A stretch of DNA of 64,000 nt from Spirochaetia bacterium (GCA_965203905.1 CBDBDQ010000005.1:1408001-1472000), one strand, 5' to 3'. Shown: positions 37,401 through 47,762, counted from the stretch's first letter. The notes: generated by a model from the sequence alone, not told the origin. Numbers and translations: made by a program.

Positions 37401-38587
37401 GGATCCTGTTCCTGGAGCCGTTCTACGGCGGTTCGCACCGCGAGTTCGCGGACGGCCTGGTGCAGCACTCGCGCCACCGGATCGAGCTGCACACCCTGCC
37501 GGCGCGGTTCTGGAAGTGGCGCATGCGCGGCGCGGCGCTGCACTTCGCCCGCGCGGTGGCCGCGCCCGAGGACTACGACCTGCTGCTGGTGACCGACCTG
37601 ATGGGAGTGGCCGACCTCAAGGCGCTGTGGGGCGCGCGCTGCCCGCCGATCGTCCTCTACCTGCACGAGAATCAGCTCAGCTACCCGGTGCCGGCCGGCG
37701 AGCGCATGGACTTCCAGTTCGGCTTTACCGACATCACCTCGGCGCTCGTCGCCGACGTCATGGTGTTCAACTCCCGGTTCCACCACGACGCCTACTTCGC
37801 GGCGCTGCCGCGCTTCCTGCGGCGCATGCCCGAGCACGTGCCGAAGTGGGTCCCGGCGGCGCTGGAGCCCAAGGCACGCGTGCTCTACCCGGGCTGCCGC
37901 TTGCCGCGGCCCGTCACGAACCAGGAGTCGCCACCGGACCCGGCTACTGCCGCAGCCGCGCCCGCCACGTCCGGGGCGGCGCCGCAGCGGGAGCAGTCCG
38001 GCGCACGGCGGCCAGAGGCCGAGTCCGCCGCCGCGCAGCCCGCGGCGCCGCCGCTGGTGATCTGGAACCACCGCTGGGAGTTCGACAAGCAGCCGGCGGT
38101 GTTCTTCGCCGCGCTGCACCGGGCGCAGGAGGCCGGAGTGGCGTTCCGGGTGGCGCTGCTGGGTGAGAATTTCCAGGTGGTGCCGCAGGAGTTCGAGGCT
38201 GCGCGCGGGTGGCTGGGGGAGCGGCTGGTGCAGTACGGCTATGTGCCGAGCCGCGACGCCTACTGGGAGCTGCTGCGGTGCGGCTCGGTGGTGGTGTCGA
38301 CCGCCATTCAGGAGAACTTCGGCATCTCCGTGGTGGAGGCGGTCGCCGCCGGCAACCATCCACTGCTGCCGCGCCGGCTCTCCTATCCCGAGGTGATCCC
38401 CGCCGCCTACCACGACGCCTGCCTCTACGCCGACGACGCGGCGCTGACCGAGATGCTGATCCGCCTGCTGGACACACCGCACGTGGCCGCGCCGCGGGGG
38501 CTGGCCGCCGCCATGCAGCGCTACTCGTGGCGCACCCTGACCGCCGCCTACGATGCGCTGTTCGCGGAGTACGGGAGGAGGTGTTGA
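37397..38587 (+). CDS. DUF3524/GT4 glycosyltransferase (GTDC1/QTMAN-like)
   Basis: ILFLEPFYGGSH, RFWKWRMRG, HENQL, WNHRWEFDK, STAIQENFG; apparent CTG start. Confidence 0.85.
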   Translation: MRILFLEPFYGGSHREFADGLVQHSRHRIELHTLPARFWKWRMRGAALHFARAVAAPEDYDLLLVTDLMGVADLKALWGARCPPIVLYLHENQLSYPVPAGERMDFQFGFTDITSALVADVMVFNSRFHHDAYFAALPRFLRRMPEHVPKWVPAALEPKARVLYPGCRLPRPVTNQESPPDPATAAAAPATSGAAPQREQSGARRPEAESAAAQPAAPPLVIWNHRWEFDKQPAVFFAALHRAQEAGVAFRVALLGENFQVVPQEFEAARGWLGERLVQYGYVPSRDAYWELLRCGSVVVSTAIQENFGISVVEAVAAGNHPLLPRRLSYPEVIPAAYHDACLYADDAALTEMLIRLLDTPHVAAPRGLAAAMQRYSWRTLTAAYDALFAEYGRRC

Positions 38588-40290
38588 TGTTCAACCCCCT
38601 GCAGTCGGCGCGCGACCTCAGCCGCCTGTATGAGATCGGCAGCGTGCTGGCCCGCTACGGATTCGGCGGCATCGTCAAGGCGCTGGGGTTGAGCCGGGCC
38701 CTGTCCCGTTTCCGCCGGCGGCGTCGGGGCGAGGCGCGCGAACTGACCGAGCTGGAGCTGCCGGAACGGGTGCGGCGGGTGCTGGAGGACCTGGGGCCCA
38801 CCTTCATCAAGCTGGGCCAGGTGCTGGCGACGCGGCTCGACCTGCTGGGCCGGGAGTGGATCGAGGAGCTGCAGCGGCTGCAGCGCCATTCGCCTCCCGT
38901 GGCATACCAACAGCTGCGGGCACAGCTCACCGCGGACCTGGGCGCTGCGCCGGAGGAAGTGTTCGCATCCATCGACGAGCAGCCCTACGCCGCCGCCTCC
39001 ATCGCCCAGACCCACCGCGCCCGCACCAGGGCGGGTGAGGAGGTGATCCTCAAGATCCGCCGCCCCGGCATCGAGCGCACCATCGACTCCGACCTGCGGC
39101 TGCTGGAGCACCTCGCCGAGCTGGCGGAGGCGCGCCTGCCGGAACTGCGCCGCTACCGTCCCAGCGCGCTGGTGCGTCAGTTCGCCGTTTCGCTGCGGCG
39201 CGAGCTGGACTTCACCATCGAGGCGCGCAGCATGCAGCGCATCGCCGCCCAGTTGGACGACGACTCGATCATCAAGGTGCCCCGGGTATACCGCCGCTGG
39301 AGCGGCGAGCGCCTCCTGGTGGAGGAGTTCGTCGACGGCATTCCCGGCCACGACGTGGCGGCGCTGAGCGCGGCCGGGCTGGACGGCGAACTGATCGCGC
39401 GGCGCGCGGCGCGCGAGATCTTCCGCATGATCCTGGTGGACGGGTTCTTTCACGCCGACCCGCACGGCGGCAACCTGATCTACCTGCGCGGCAACCGCCT
39501 GGCGCTGGTCGACTTCGGGATGGTGGGGCGGCTGTCCCGCTCCCGCCGCGGCGAGCTGATCGACCTGCTGGCGGCACTGCTCGGCCACGACTCCGAGGGC
39601 GCCGCCGAGCTGCTGTTGCGCTGGTCCGATGCGGCCACTGCCGACCTGGCGCCGGCGCTGGCCGCCACGCCCGACCGCGCCCGCCTGGCCGACGCCATCG
39701 AGCTGCTGGCGGAGTCGACCTTCGGCACCGAGTTGCGCCAGCTCAACGTGGCCCGCTTCTTCGGCGACGTGACCCGCGTCATGCGCGAGCAGCACCTGAC
39801 GCTGCTGCCCGACTTCGCGCTGATGGTGAAGGCGCTGGTGACCCTGGAGGGTCTCGGCGCTCAGTTGGCGCCCAGCTTCGACTTCGCCTCGGAGATCGAG
39901 CCGGTGATCCGCGAGGCGCTCAGTCGCCGCTATGCGCCGGGAACCCTGGCGGCGCGCGGCTGGCGCACGGCCAGCGACCTGGCCGCGCTGCTGCCGGACC
40001 TGCCTGGCGACCTGCGCACCGTGCGCCGGCTGCTGCGCGGCGGCCGGCTGCACCACCTGGTGCGCATGGAACAGCTCGATCAGTTCAGCGAACGCCTCGA
40101 CCGGGTCGCCAGCCGGCTGGCGATCAGCTTCGTCACCGCCGCCTTCATCGTCGGGGCGGCGGTCGTGGTCGCGGCGGAAACCGGCCCCGTGGTGTTCGGC
40201 CTGCGCCTGTTCGAAGTGCTGGGCATCGGCGCCGTCCTCGGCGGCCTGTGGGTGCTGGTCTCGATCTGGCGCGGCCGCAGCCGCCACTGA
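38587..40290 (+). CDS. ABC1/UbiB family atypical kinase
   Basis: LGPTFIKLGQ, AASIAQ, FFHADPHGGN, VDFGMVG. Confidence 0.92.
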   Translation: MFNPLQSARDLSRLYEIGSVLARYGFGGIVKALGLSRALSRFRRRRRGEARELTELELPERVRRVLEDLGPTFIKLGQVLATRLDLLGREWIEELQRLQRHSPPVAYQQLRAQLTADLGAAPEEVFASIDEQPYAAASIAQTHRARTRAGEEVILKIRRPGIERTIDSDLRLLEHLAELAEARLPELRRYRPSALVRQFAVSLRRELDFTIEARSMQRIAAQLDDDSIIKVPRVYRRWSGERLLVEEFVDGIPGHDVAALSAAGLDGELIARRAAREIFRMILVDGFFHADPHGGNLIYLRGNRLALVDFGMVGRLSRSRRGELIDLLAALLGHDSEGAAELLLRWSDAATADLAPALAATPDRARLADAIELLAESTFGTELRQLNVARFFGDVTRVMREQHLTLLPDFALMVKALVTLEGLGAQLAPSFDFASEIEPVIREALSRRYAPGTLAARGWRTASDLAALLPDLPGDLRTVRRLLRGGRLHHLVRMEQLDQFSERLDRVASRLAISFVTAAFIVGAAVVVAAETGPVVFGLRLFEVLGIGAVLGGLWVLVSIWRGRSRH

Positions 40291-40505
40291 GGCCGCCGGC
40301 GGCTCCAGAGCCGGGCGCGGACGCGCCAGCGCCGCGCCACCCGGCACCAGCGTCCCCGCGCGGCATGCGCGGACGTGCCCGCCGCCGCAGGGTTTCGGCG
40401 CGGTCCGTTCACGGCTGCCGCGGCAGCAATTCGCGCGGTTGGCAGCGCGCGGCGGCGTGGCGCGCCCATCGCCGCGGAGGCCGGACGCATTCAGTGGAGG
40501 GGCTG

Positions 40506-42731
40506 CTACGGGCGCCGCACCGCGCTGACGAACAACGTGGACACCTCCCAGTCCAGCGTCGACCCGAGGCGGCGCTCGAGCTGGCGCCGCAGGGCGGCAA
40601 CGGCGCCGGTGGGCACTCCGGCGCGCCGCAGCAGCGCGGCGTAAGAGTCGCCGGAAGCGGCGCCGGTCTCCGGGAACCAGCGTTCGACCAGGGACCGGGT
40701 CACCGCGAGGCGCGCGGGCCGGGTCACGACTTCCGTGGCCGGCGCGGCGCACAGCGGATCGAGCGCGGCGCACACGGCATCCTCGGTCAGCGGCTCGCGG
40801 GCCCGATAGTGTTCTTCTTCCGCGGCGACCACGGCGTCGCGGTCCGCGGGGTCCAGTGCGCCGAGGGCGAACGCGCCGTGCAGCCGCGGCGCCCGCTCCG
40901 GCAGCGCCTCCGCCAGCACCAGCCGCCCCTCCGCCGCAAGCCGTTCGGCGGCGGCGATGACCGTTGCCTCGCCACCGGCGGCGCGCCACACGTTGCGCCC
41001 CACCACGGCGTCGAACCGGATCTCCGGCGGGACCTCGGCCGGCGCCGCCGCCAGGGTCGGCTGCAGGCTCGGCGGGAGCGCCTGCAACTGGGCACGCACG
41101 CCCGGCGCCTCCGGCGGCGCCAGAGTCCACACCCCGCCCTCGGGGCAGCGCCGCAGCAGCTCGAAGGTAAACAGTCCGCTGCCGAGGGCGAGGTCGAGCA
41201 CCACGGCGTGGCGTTGCAGGGCGGCCGCCTGCATGACCCGGTCACGTTCGCCGGCAAGGCGTTCGCTGGCGCCGGCGAGGGTGCGCTCCAGCCAGCCATC
41301 CAGCTCCCGCTGCAGGCCGCGGCCGGCGTTGGTGAGAATCTCGCCGCCCGCTTCGGCGGCGCCGTCGGCGCTCTCCCAGGCGGCCGCCAGGTTGGCCTCG
41401 CGGCGGCGCTCCACCTGCACCCGGACGCTGGCCTCGTGGCCCACCTCACCGGGCTGGTAGAACACCCGCCCGTGAAGCTCCTTGGGAAGATATTGCTGCG
41501 CCACCCAGTGCTCGGTGTAGGCGTGGGGGTAGCGGTAGCCGGCGCCGTGGCCGAAGCCCTCGGCGTCGCGGCTGGCGTCGCGCAGCGGCGCCGGGACCGG
41601 CGCCTCGCGTTCGGCGGCCACGGCGCGCAGCGCGTCGAAGAAGCCCAGCGTGCTGTTGCTCTTGGGCGCGGTGGCCAGGTACAGGACCGCCTCGGCCAGG
41701 TGGAAGCGGCCCTCGGGCAGGCCGACGTAGTCGAACGCGGCGGCGCACGCGGTCACCACCTGAATCGCCGCAGGATCCGCCATGCCGATGTCCTCCGCGG
41801 CCAGGATCAACATGCGCCGGAACAGGTAGCGCGGATCTTCGCCGGCGTACACCATGCGCGCCATCCAGTAGAGGGCGGCGTCCGGGTCGGAGCCGCGCAG
41901 GCTCTTGATGAAGGCGCTGATGGTGTCGTAGTGGGCGTCGCCTTCCTTGTCGTACAGCACCGCGCGGCGCTGGATCGACTCCTCGGCCACCGCCCGGTCC
42001 ACGCGCACCACCCCGTCGCCCGCCGGCGGGGTGGTGGTGACCGCCAGCTCCAGGGCGTTGAGCAGGCTGCGCGCATCGCCGTTGGCGACGTTGAGCAGGT
42101 GCTCCATGGCGTCGTCCGTAACCTCGCTCCGGAACCCGCCCAGACCGCGCTCGGCGTCGGCCAGCGCGGCCCGTGCCACCCGCTCCAGGTCGTCGCGGGT
42201 CAGCGCCTGGAGCTGGAAGATGCGGCTGCGGCTCACCAGCGGCTTGATCACCTCGAAGTAGGGGTTCTCCGTGGTGGCTCCGATCAGCACGATGGTGCCG
42301 TTCTCCACCGACGGCAGCAGCGCGTCCTGCTGCGCCTTGTTCCAGCGGTGCACCTCGTCCACGAACAGGATGGTCCGCTGGCCGTGCAGGTCTCGCGCCT
42401 CGCGCGCCGACTGGATCGCCTCGCGGAGCTGCTTCACCCCCGCCAGGACCGCGTTCAGCGCCGTGAAGCGGGCCCGGGTGGTGCCGGCGATCACCTGTGC
42501 CAGGGTGGTCTTGCCGGTTCCCGGCGGCCCGTAGAAGATCAGGGAAGAAAGCTGATCCGCCTGGATCGCGCGCCGCAGCAGGCGCCCCGGACCCACGATG
42601 TGCCCCTGGCCCACGAACTCGTCCAGCGTGCGCGGCCGCATGCGCGCCGCCAGCGGCGCACTGCCGGCCCGCTCCGCCGCGCCGCGGGCGCGGAACAGGT
42701 CACCGTGTGGAGAGTCGGCCGTCGACGACAC
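40506..42731 (-). CDS. rarA: replication-associated recombination protein A with a C-terminal methyltransferase-like extension
   Basis: PLAARMRP, GPPGTGKT, DEVHRWNKAQQD, HYDTISAFIKS, YRYPH; tail VLDLALGSG; start uncertain (ATG 42743 or GTG 42731). Confidence 0.9.
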   Translation of the reverse strand: MSSTADSPHGDLFRARGAAERAGSAPLAARMRPRTLDEFVGQGHIVGPGRLLRRAIQADQLSSLIFYGPPGTGKTTLAQVIAGTTRARFTALNAVLAGVKQLREAIQSAREARDLHGQRTILFVDEVHRWNKAQQDALLPSVENGTIVLIGATTENPYFEVIKPLVSRSRIFQLQALTRDDLERVARAALADAERGLGGFRSEVTDDAMEHLLNVANGDARSLLNALELAVTTTPPAGDGVVRVDRAVAEESIQRRAVLYDKEGDAHYDTISAFIKSLRGSDPDAALYWMARMVYAGEDPRYLFRRMLILAAEDIGMADPAAIQVVTACAAAFDYVGLPEGRFHLAEAVLYLATAPKSNSTLGFFDALRAVAAEREAPVPAPLRDASRDAEGFGHGAGYRYPHAYTEHWVAQQYLPKELHGRVFYQPGEVGHEASVRVQVERRREANLAAAWESADGAAEAGGEILTNAGRGLQRELDGWLERTLAGASERLAGERDRVMQAAALQRHAVVLDLALGSGLFTFELLRRCPEGGVWTLAPPEAPGVRAQLQALPPSLQPTLAAAPAEVPPEIRFDAVVGRNVWRAAGGEATVIAAAERLAAEGRLVLAEALPERAPRLHGAFALGALDPADRDAVVAAEEEHYRAREPLTEDAVCAALDPLCAAPATEVVTRPARLAVTRSLVERWFPETGAASGDSYAALLRRAGVPTGAVAALRRQLERRLGSTLDWEVSTLFVSAVRRP

Positions 42732-43373
42732 CAAGCCGAACATTGCGGGCAATCGCACCCGCGGCACAATCACCCTGCCGCCGAGCGGCCGCGCCCGCGG
42801 CCAATCCCGCCCGCGGCATGGACTCTGAAGCCGGCCGCACCGAATGCGGCAGCCACTTCGGCGCCGAAGGCGGCCGCGGCGGCGGGCCCGGCGCGCGGGG
42901 CCTACACTCTGCCGACGCAGGGAGAGGAGCGCAGGCATGAGTGCCAGGGCCATCCCATGCTGAACGACGTCTGCATCCCGTGTGTGGCCGAGTTTCGGTG
43001 ATGGCCCCGGCGCGGCGCCCGCAGATCGCCGCCTTCCGGGTGTGTGGTTCGTTTGCTGTACGACATGTCCAGAAAAGAGGGGTCGCCGCCTCCCGCAACG
43101 CACCGGTCTCCGCCACGGCGTGGCTGCCACGTCGGCGCCACGGTGCAGGATTCTGCAGAAAAGGTGCCAAAAAAATGCGCTGAGCACTTGACGGGTTCGG
43201 CGCTGCTCGTAGCGGCCCCCTGCCGCACGTTCCGGCCCCTCCGACCCTTCGAACATCTCGCCACGACCTCCAGGACCGTCAGCACCCCGCCAGCGCCGGC
43301 CTAAGCCCTTCCCGGTGCCCGTCCCGGGACTTGCCTAAACCTGGCATTTCTCAACCATGTTTATATTTACGCC

Positions 43374-44981
43374 ATGGCTACTGTGGCTACCGCGACCGCT
43401 ACCGGCTTCGCCTCCTCGCTCTCCGGGCTCCCCGACCAGGTGCTGCTGGCGCACACCAGGTCCCTCGTCCTGCACGAGCAGGCGCTGCAGCTCGCCGTCC
43501 TCGACCACCTGCGCGAGATCCACGCCCGCCACCTGCACCTGCGCCTCGGGTTCTCCAGCCTGTTCGACTACGCCGTCCGCGAGCTGGGCTACAGCGAAGG
43601 CGCCGCCTGGCGCCGCATAAAGGCCATGCGCCTGTGCTCCGATACCGCCGGATCACGCGAGCGGCTGCAGGACGGCTCGCTCACCCTGAGCGCGGCGGCG
43701 CAGTTGCAGAACACCTTCGATCTCCTGCAGCGCACGGCGACCGCCGCCGCGGACCCTGGCTCGCCGCCCGCGGCACCCGAGTTGCTGCCGCTCGGCACGG
43801 GGACGGCGCCGGAGGCGGGGGCTTCGGGGGCCGCGGCAGCGGCGCCAGCGCGAGCGGTGCCGGCGCTGGACGCGGCGCAGCGGCAGGAGCTGGTGGCACA
43901 GGCGAGCGGCAAGAGCACGCGCGAGGTGAAGCAGTTGTTGGCCGGGGTGGCTCCCGAGCTGGCGCGGCCGGCCGATCGCCTGCGGGCTCTGGGCGACGGT
44001 CGCTGGGAGCTGAAGGTGGCGATCGACTCTGCCTGTCAGTGCGGGATCGAGCAGCTACGGGCGCTGCTGTCGCACGTGGACCCGCACCTGACGCTGGGGC
44101 AACTGGTGGAGCGGCTGGTGCAGGACGGCCTGCAGCGCTACGACCCGGGGCGACCGCCGCGCGGGCGCAGAGGTGGGCGCCGGGAGGCAAGCGCGGGCCA
44201 GGCGCCGGAGCCGAAGGCGCAGCAAGGGCCGGCAGGCGGGGCGACTTCGCCAGCGAAGCGGCGCGCGCAAGAGCAGCCCGGAGTGCCGGCGCCGGAGGGC
44301 ACTATCACCGGTGGCAGCACCCCGGCGCCGGTAGCGCTGTCCGTAGAGGAACCCGCGTGCGGGATTGGCCGTGCCGACACCTCGGCGGTGGCAGCGCTGT
44401 CCGCGCCGCCGTCGGGGCGCGAGACTTGCGGCGGCAGCATCCCGGTGCGTGCCAAGCCAGCGGCGGCAGCGCCCGGCACCGCTCCTTCGGCGGCGAAGTT
44501 GGTGGCCGATCGTGGGTCCCGCGCCACCGTACCGACGTCACGGCCGGCGCAGCCGGCAGACCAGAGCTTGCCGACCGTGCTGGCAGCGGCGGATGGCGGT
44601 CGCAGCGCTCCTTCGCCAGCGAAGCGGGCAAGGGCGGCGCAGCCGGCAGGGGCGGCGCAGCTCGATGGCCGTTCGCGCCCGCAGGCGGCGGCAGCCGGCC
44701 CCTCCGGAGGCAGTGCGCAGCCGTCCCACCGAGCGCCCCGGTCCCGGTATATTCCGGCGCCAGTGCGGCGCGAGGTGTGGCGCCGCGACGGCGGCTGCTG
44801 CAGTTACGTCGATCCGTACAGCGGGCGGCGCTGCGGCACCCGCTTCCTGCTGGAGCTCGACCACATCGTTCCCTTCGCCCTCGGCGGCGGTGCGGAGCCC
44901 GGGAATTTGCGCCTTCGCTGTCGAGCTCACCACCGCTTTCGGCATCGGGAGTACGCGCCGCCGCCAGACGGGGCCACGTGA
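43374..44981 (+). CDS. HNH endonuclease with helical N-terminal domain and long Ala/Pro/Gly linker; probable selfish element
   Basis: N-terminal LGFSSLFDYAVRELGYSEGAAWRRI; C-terminal RRDGGCC..RC..LELDHIVP..GG...NLRLRCRAHH. Confidence 0.88.
   Translation: MATVATATATGFASSLSGLPDQVLLAHTRSLVLHEQALQLAVLDHLREIHARHLHLRLGFSSLFDYAVRELGYSEGAAWRRIKAMRLCSDTAGSRERLQDGSLTLSAAAQLQNTFDLLQRTATAAADPGSPPAAPELLPLGTGTAPEAGASGAAAAAPARAVPALDAAQRQELVAQASGKSTREVKQLLAGVAPELARPADRLRALGDGRWELKVAIDSACQCGIEQLRALLSHVDPHLTLGQLVERLVQDGLQRYDPGRPPRGRRGGRREASAGQAPEPKAQQGPAGGATSPAKRRAQEQPGVPAPEGTITGGSTPAPVALSVEEPACGIGRADTSAVAALSAPPSGRETCGGSIPVRAKPAAAAPGTAPSAAKLVADRGSRATVPTSRPAQPADQSLPTVLAAADGGRSAPSPAKRARAAQPAGAAQLDGRSRPQAAAAGPSGGSAQPSHRAPRSRYIPAPVRREVWRRDGGCCSYVDPYSGRRCGTRFLLELDHIVPFALGGGAEPGNLRLRCRAHHRFRHREYAPPPDGAT
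44245..44624. repeat. three CTTCG-N4-CGAAG palindromes within the HNH linker
   Basis: 44245 CTTCGCCAGCGAAG, 44485 CTTCGGCGGCGAAG, 44611 CTTCGCCAGCGAAG; a perfect copy CTTCGGCGCCGAAG also at 42856. Confidence 0.8.
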
Positions 44982-45138
44982 TCGGCGCTCGCCGGGGGGC
45001 CAGTTGGGCGGTCGGGCGTCGGTCCGATGGCAGCGGGAGCAACGACTTGCAGCCGGCTTGTCGCGTAGCGGGGGATAGTCCTGCATGAGTGCCCGGCCGC
45101 ATTGAGAAACTCCGCCGGGTGGCGGTAGAATCGCGGTC

Positions 45139-45882
45139 GTGGCAGCGCAACAGATCGCAGTTCAGAGTTATTGCTTCCGCGGGTTTCGCAGCAATGCGGA
45201 GGTGGCCGCCAAGGTCAAGGAGATCGGCCTGGCGGCGCTGGAGCCGTGCGGCGTGCACATCGACTTCGCCGACGATGCGGCCCACGAGGCGGCCATCGCG
45301 GACTACCGCGCCGCGGGCGTGTCGCTGGTGAGCTGCGGGGTGAACGCCATCCGTGGCGACGCCGGCGACGCCGCGGGCCCGTTCCGCTTCGCGCAGAAGG
45401 CGGGCCTGTCGGTGATCAGCGGCGACGTCATGCCGCCGGCGTCGTGGGACACCTTCGCCGCCGCCGAGCGGCTGGCCGAGCAGTACGACGTCAACGTCGC
45501 GCTGCACAACCACGGCGGGCAGCATTGGATCGGCAACGCGCAGATGCTGGAAGAGGTGTTCCGCCGCACCGGACCGCGCATCGGGCTGATGCTGGACACG
45601 GCCTGGGCGATCGACGCGCGCGAGGATCCGGTGGCGCTGGTGCGGCGCTTCGGCGAGCGCCTGATGGGCGTCCATCTGAAGGACTTCGTCTACACCCGCG
45701 AGCGCGAGCCGCAGGACGTGGTCATCGGCACCGGCATCCTGGACCTGCCGGCGTTGATCACGGCGCTGGGCGAGGTCGGCTTCGACGGCATCCCGATCAT
45801 CGAGTACGAGGGCGACGTGAACGACCCGGTGCCGGCGCTGGCCGAGTGCGTGCGGGTGATCGAGCAAGCCTGGAGCGCTTAG
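45139..45882 (+). CDS. sugar phosphate isomerase/epimerase (xylose isomerase-like TIM barrel)
   Basis: ALHNHG, LDTAW, VHLKD, IEYE; leaderless promoter TTGAGA-18-TAGAAT-7-GTG. Confidence 0.88.
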   Translation: MAAQQIAVQSYCFRGFRSNAEVAAKVKEIGLAALEPCGVHIDFADDAAHEAAIADYRAAGVSLVSCGVNAIRGDAGDAAGPFRFAQKAGLSVISGDVMPPASWDTFAAAERLAEQYDVNVALHNHGGQHWIGNAQMLEEVFRRTGPRIGLMLDTAWAIDAREDPVALVRRFGERLMGVHLKDFVYTREREPQDVVIGTGILDLPALITALGEVGFDGIPIIEYEGDVNDPVPALAECVRVIEQAWSA

Positions 45883-45903
45883 CCGGCGCCAGAGCTCCGC
45901 TCG

Positions 45904-46572
45904 TTACTCCACTTCCAGCGTCTGCGGATCGAGCTGATACCAGGAGACTTCGCCCGCCTCGAGGCGCTTCTCGATGCGCCGGTCATGGCGCAGCCCGGCC
46001 ACCACCGCGCAGGCGGGCCGGCCCGTGAACTGCGTCAGCAGGCCGGCATTGCGAATCGCACGGTCCGTGTCCCGCCCGTTCACGGGGTACGAGATTTCGG
46101 CCGCCAGGTAACAGGTCTCCCCCGCCTCGCCACGGCCCTCGACGATCAGGTCCGCGCGCCGGAAGCTGCGCAGCTCGTTCTTGGCGACGCCGGACGCGGC
46201 ACGCGAGCGGGCCAGTTCCGCGACCTGGGCAGCGCTGAGAACGCGGACGAACGACAGCCCATTATCCTCGGCGATCAGGTCGGCTTCCCGCAACGTGGAA
46301 TTGCGAGCGTGTGCCGCCTTGATCGGGGCAAGATCGGACCGGAGTTGGGCCAACTGACGCTCGTTGGTTTCGAAGCGCTGGTCGATCGCCTCGAAGCGGC
46401 GGTCGATCGCTGCGAACTGGCGTTCCGTGGCCGCGGCGAACGCGGCCAGTTTCTGCGGCATCTCCAACAGCTCGCGCGTCAGCAGCCGCACCCGCAATGC
46501 CTCCAGCCATTCGGGGTTCTCATCCAGTACGCGGATCAGGTCTTCGATGGTATTGATCGTCGGCGCTGCCAC
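45904..46572 (-). CDS. hypothetical coiled-coil protein with restriction-endonuclease-like C-terminus
   Basis: INTIEDLIRVL..NPEW, heptads IDRRFEAIDQRFE, ADLIV...AEIS...D..RA. Confidence 0.7.
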   Translation of the reverse strand: MAAPTINTIEDLIRVLDENPEWLEALRVRLLTRELLEMPQKLAAFAAATERQFAAIDRRFEAIDQRFETNERQLAQLRSDLAPIKAAHARNSTLREADLIAEDNGLSFVRVLSAAQVAELARSRAASGVAKNELRSFRRADLIVEGRGEAGETCYLAAEISYPVNGRDTDRAIRNAGLLTQFTGRPACAVVAGLRHDRRIEKRLEAGEVSWYQLDPQTLEVE

Positions 46573-46664
46573 GGCAAACGGTATGTTGCGCCTTTCGGCG
46601 GTAGCGGTCAATCACGGTCGCGCTGGACGGACGGCGGCAGCCGCCGTTGCGCTGACCGGAAGGG

Positions 46665-47762
46665 TCAGTCCAGCTCGCCGTGCAGCAGGCCCAGGGGCAG
46701 CGGGGCCGGGCGTTCGCAGGTGGTGGCGAGCTCCACCTGGCGTTCGTTCGCGGCCGCTTCGTGGATGGCCTGCATGATGTCCAGCACGTGCAGCGCAAGC
46801 TCGCCGCTGGCGCGGTGCGGGCGGCCGGTGCGCAGCGCATGGGCCATGTCGGCCACGCCGATGCCGCGGCTGGTCTCGGTGTAGCCGTGGGTCAGCGGCA
46901 CCGGCTCCCATTCACCCCGCGTGCGTCCCAGCGCCACCGGACCGCCCGGACCGTTGGGGTCGGGCACCGCCAGCGTTCCCTCGCTGCCGTAGATTTCGAT
47001 CAACGGCAGCCGGTGGGCGCGCACGTCGAAGCTGGTGATGATCGAGGCCTGCGCGCCGGACGCGAACTGCAGCAGGCCCTGGACGTGGGTCGGCACCTCC
47101 ACCGTGATGCGCTCGCCGCGGTGCGGCTCACTGGTAATGAGGCGTTCGGGATGGGTGATTCGGGTGAGCCCGGTGACGCTGCGCACCGGTCCCAGGAGCT
47201 GCACCAGCGCGGTAAGGTAGTAGGGACCCATGTCGAACATCGGTCCGCCCCCCGGCTGGTAGTAGAACTCCGGGTCGGGATGCCACCTCTCGTGGCCCGG
47301 GCCGGCATTGAAGGCGACCGCGTGCAGCGGGTCGCCGATCCAGCCGTCGTCGAGCAGCTTGCGGCTGGTCTGGTGGCCGCCGCCGAAAAAGGTGTCCGGG
47401 GCGCAGCCCAGCAGCACCCCGGCGCGGGCCGCGGCGCGCACCAGGTCTTCGCCCTCGGCGCGCTGCACCGCCAGCGGCTTCTCGCTCCACACGTGCTTGC
47501 CGGCATCGATTGCGGCGCGCGACACGGCGTGGTGGGCGGCCGGAACGGTGAGGTTGACCACCAACTCCACGGCAGGGTCGGCGAGCAGCTCCTCCGGGGT
47601 CACGGCGCGCGCGATGCCGAATCCCTCGGCCTGCGCCCGGGCCCGCTCCGGCAGCAGGTCGGCGCAGGCGACCAGGTCCAGGATCGGGAACTCGCGGCAG
47701 CCCCTGAAGTAGGCGGCGCTGATCTTGCCGCAACCGATGATGCCGACCCGCAACTGCTCCAT
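46665..47762 (-). CDS. Gfo/Idh/MocA family oxidoreductase
   Basis: [30 protein letters not shown]. Confidence 0.92.
   Translation of the reverse strand: MEQLRVGIIGCGKISAAYFRGCREFPILDLVACADLLPERARAQAEGFGIARAVTPEELLADPAVELVVNLTVPAAHHAVSRAAIDAGKHVWSEKPLAVQRAEGEDLVRAAARAGVLLGCAPDTFFGGGHQTSRKLLDDGWIGDPLHAVAFNAGPGHERWHPDPEFYYQPGGGPMFDMGPYYLTALVQLLGPVRSVTGLTRITHPERLITSEPHRGERITVEVPTHVQGLLQFASGAQASIITSFDVRAHRLPLIEIYGSEGTLAVPDPNGPGGPVALGRTRGEWEPVPLTHGYTETSRGIGVADMAHALRTGRPHRASGELALHVLDIMQAIHEAAANERQVELATTCERPAPLPLGLLHGELD

Noticed and set aside
42946-43373. HEARO/omega-type RNA or IS ends beside the HNH gene
   Set aside because: No RuvC, PLMP or transposase motifs and no recognisable RNA family by eye; left as an untested possibility
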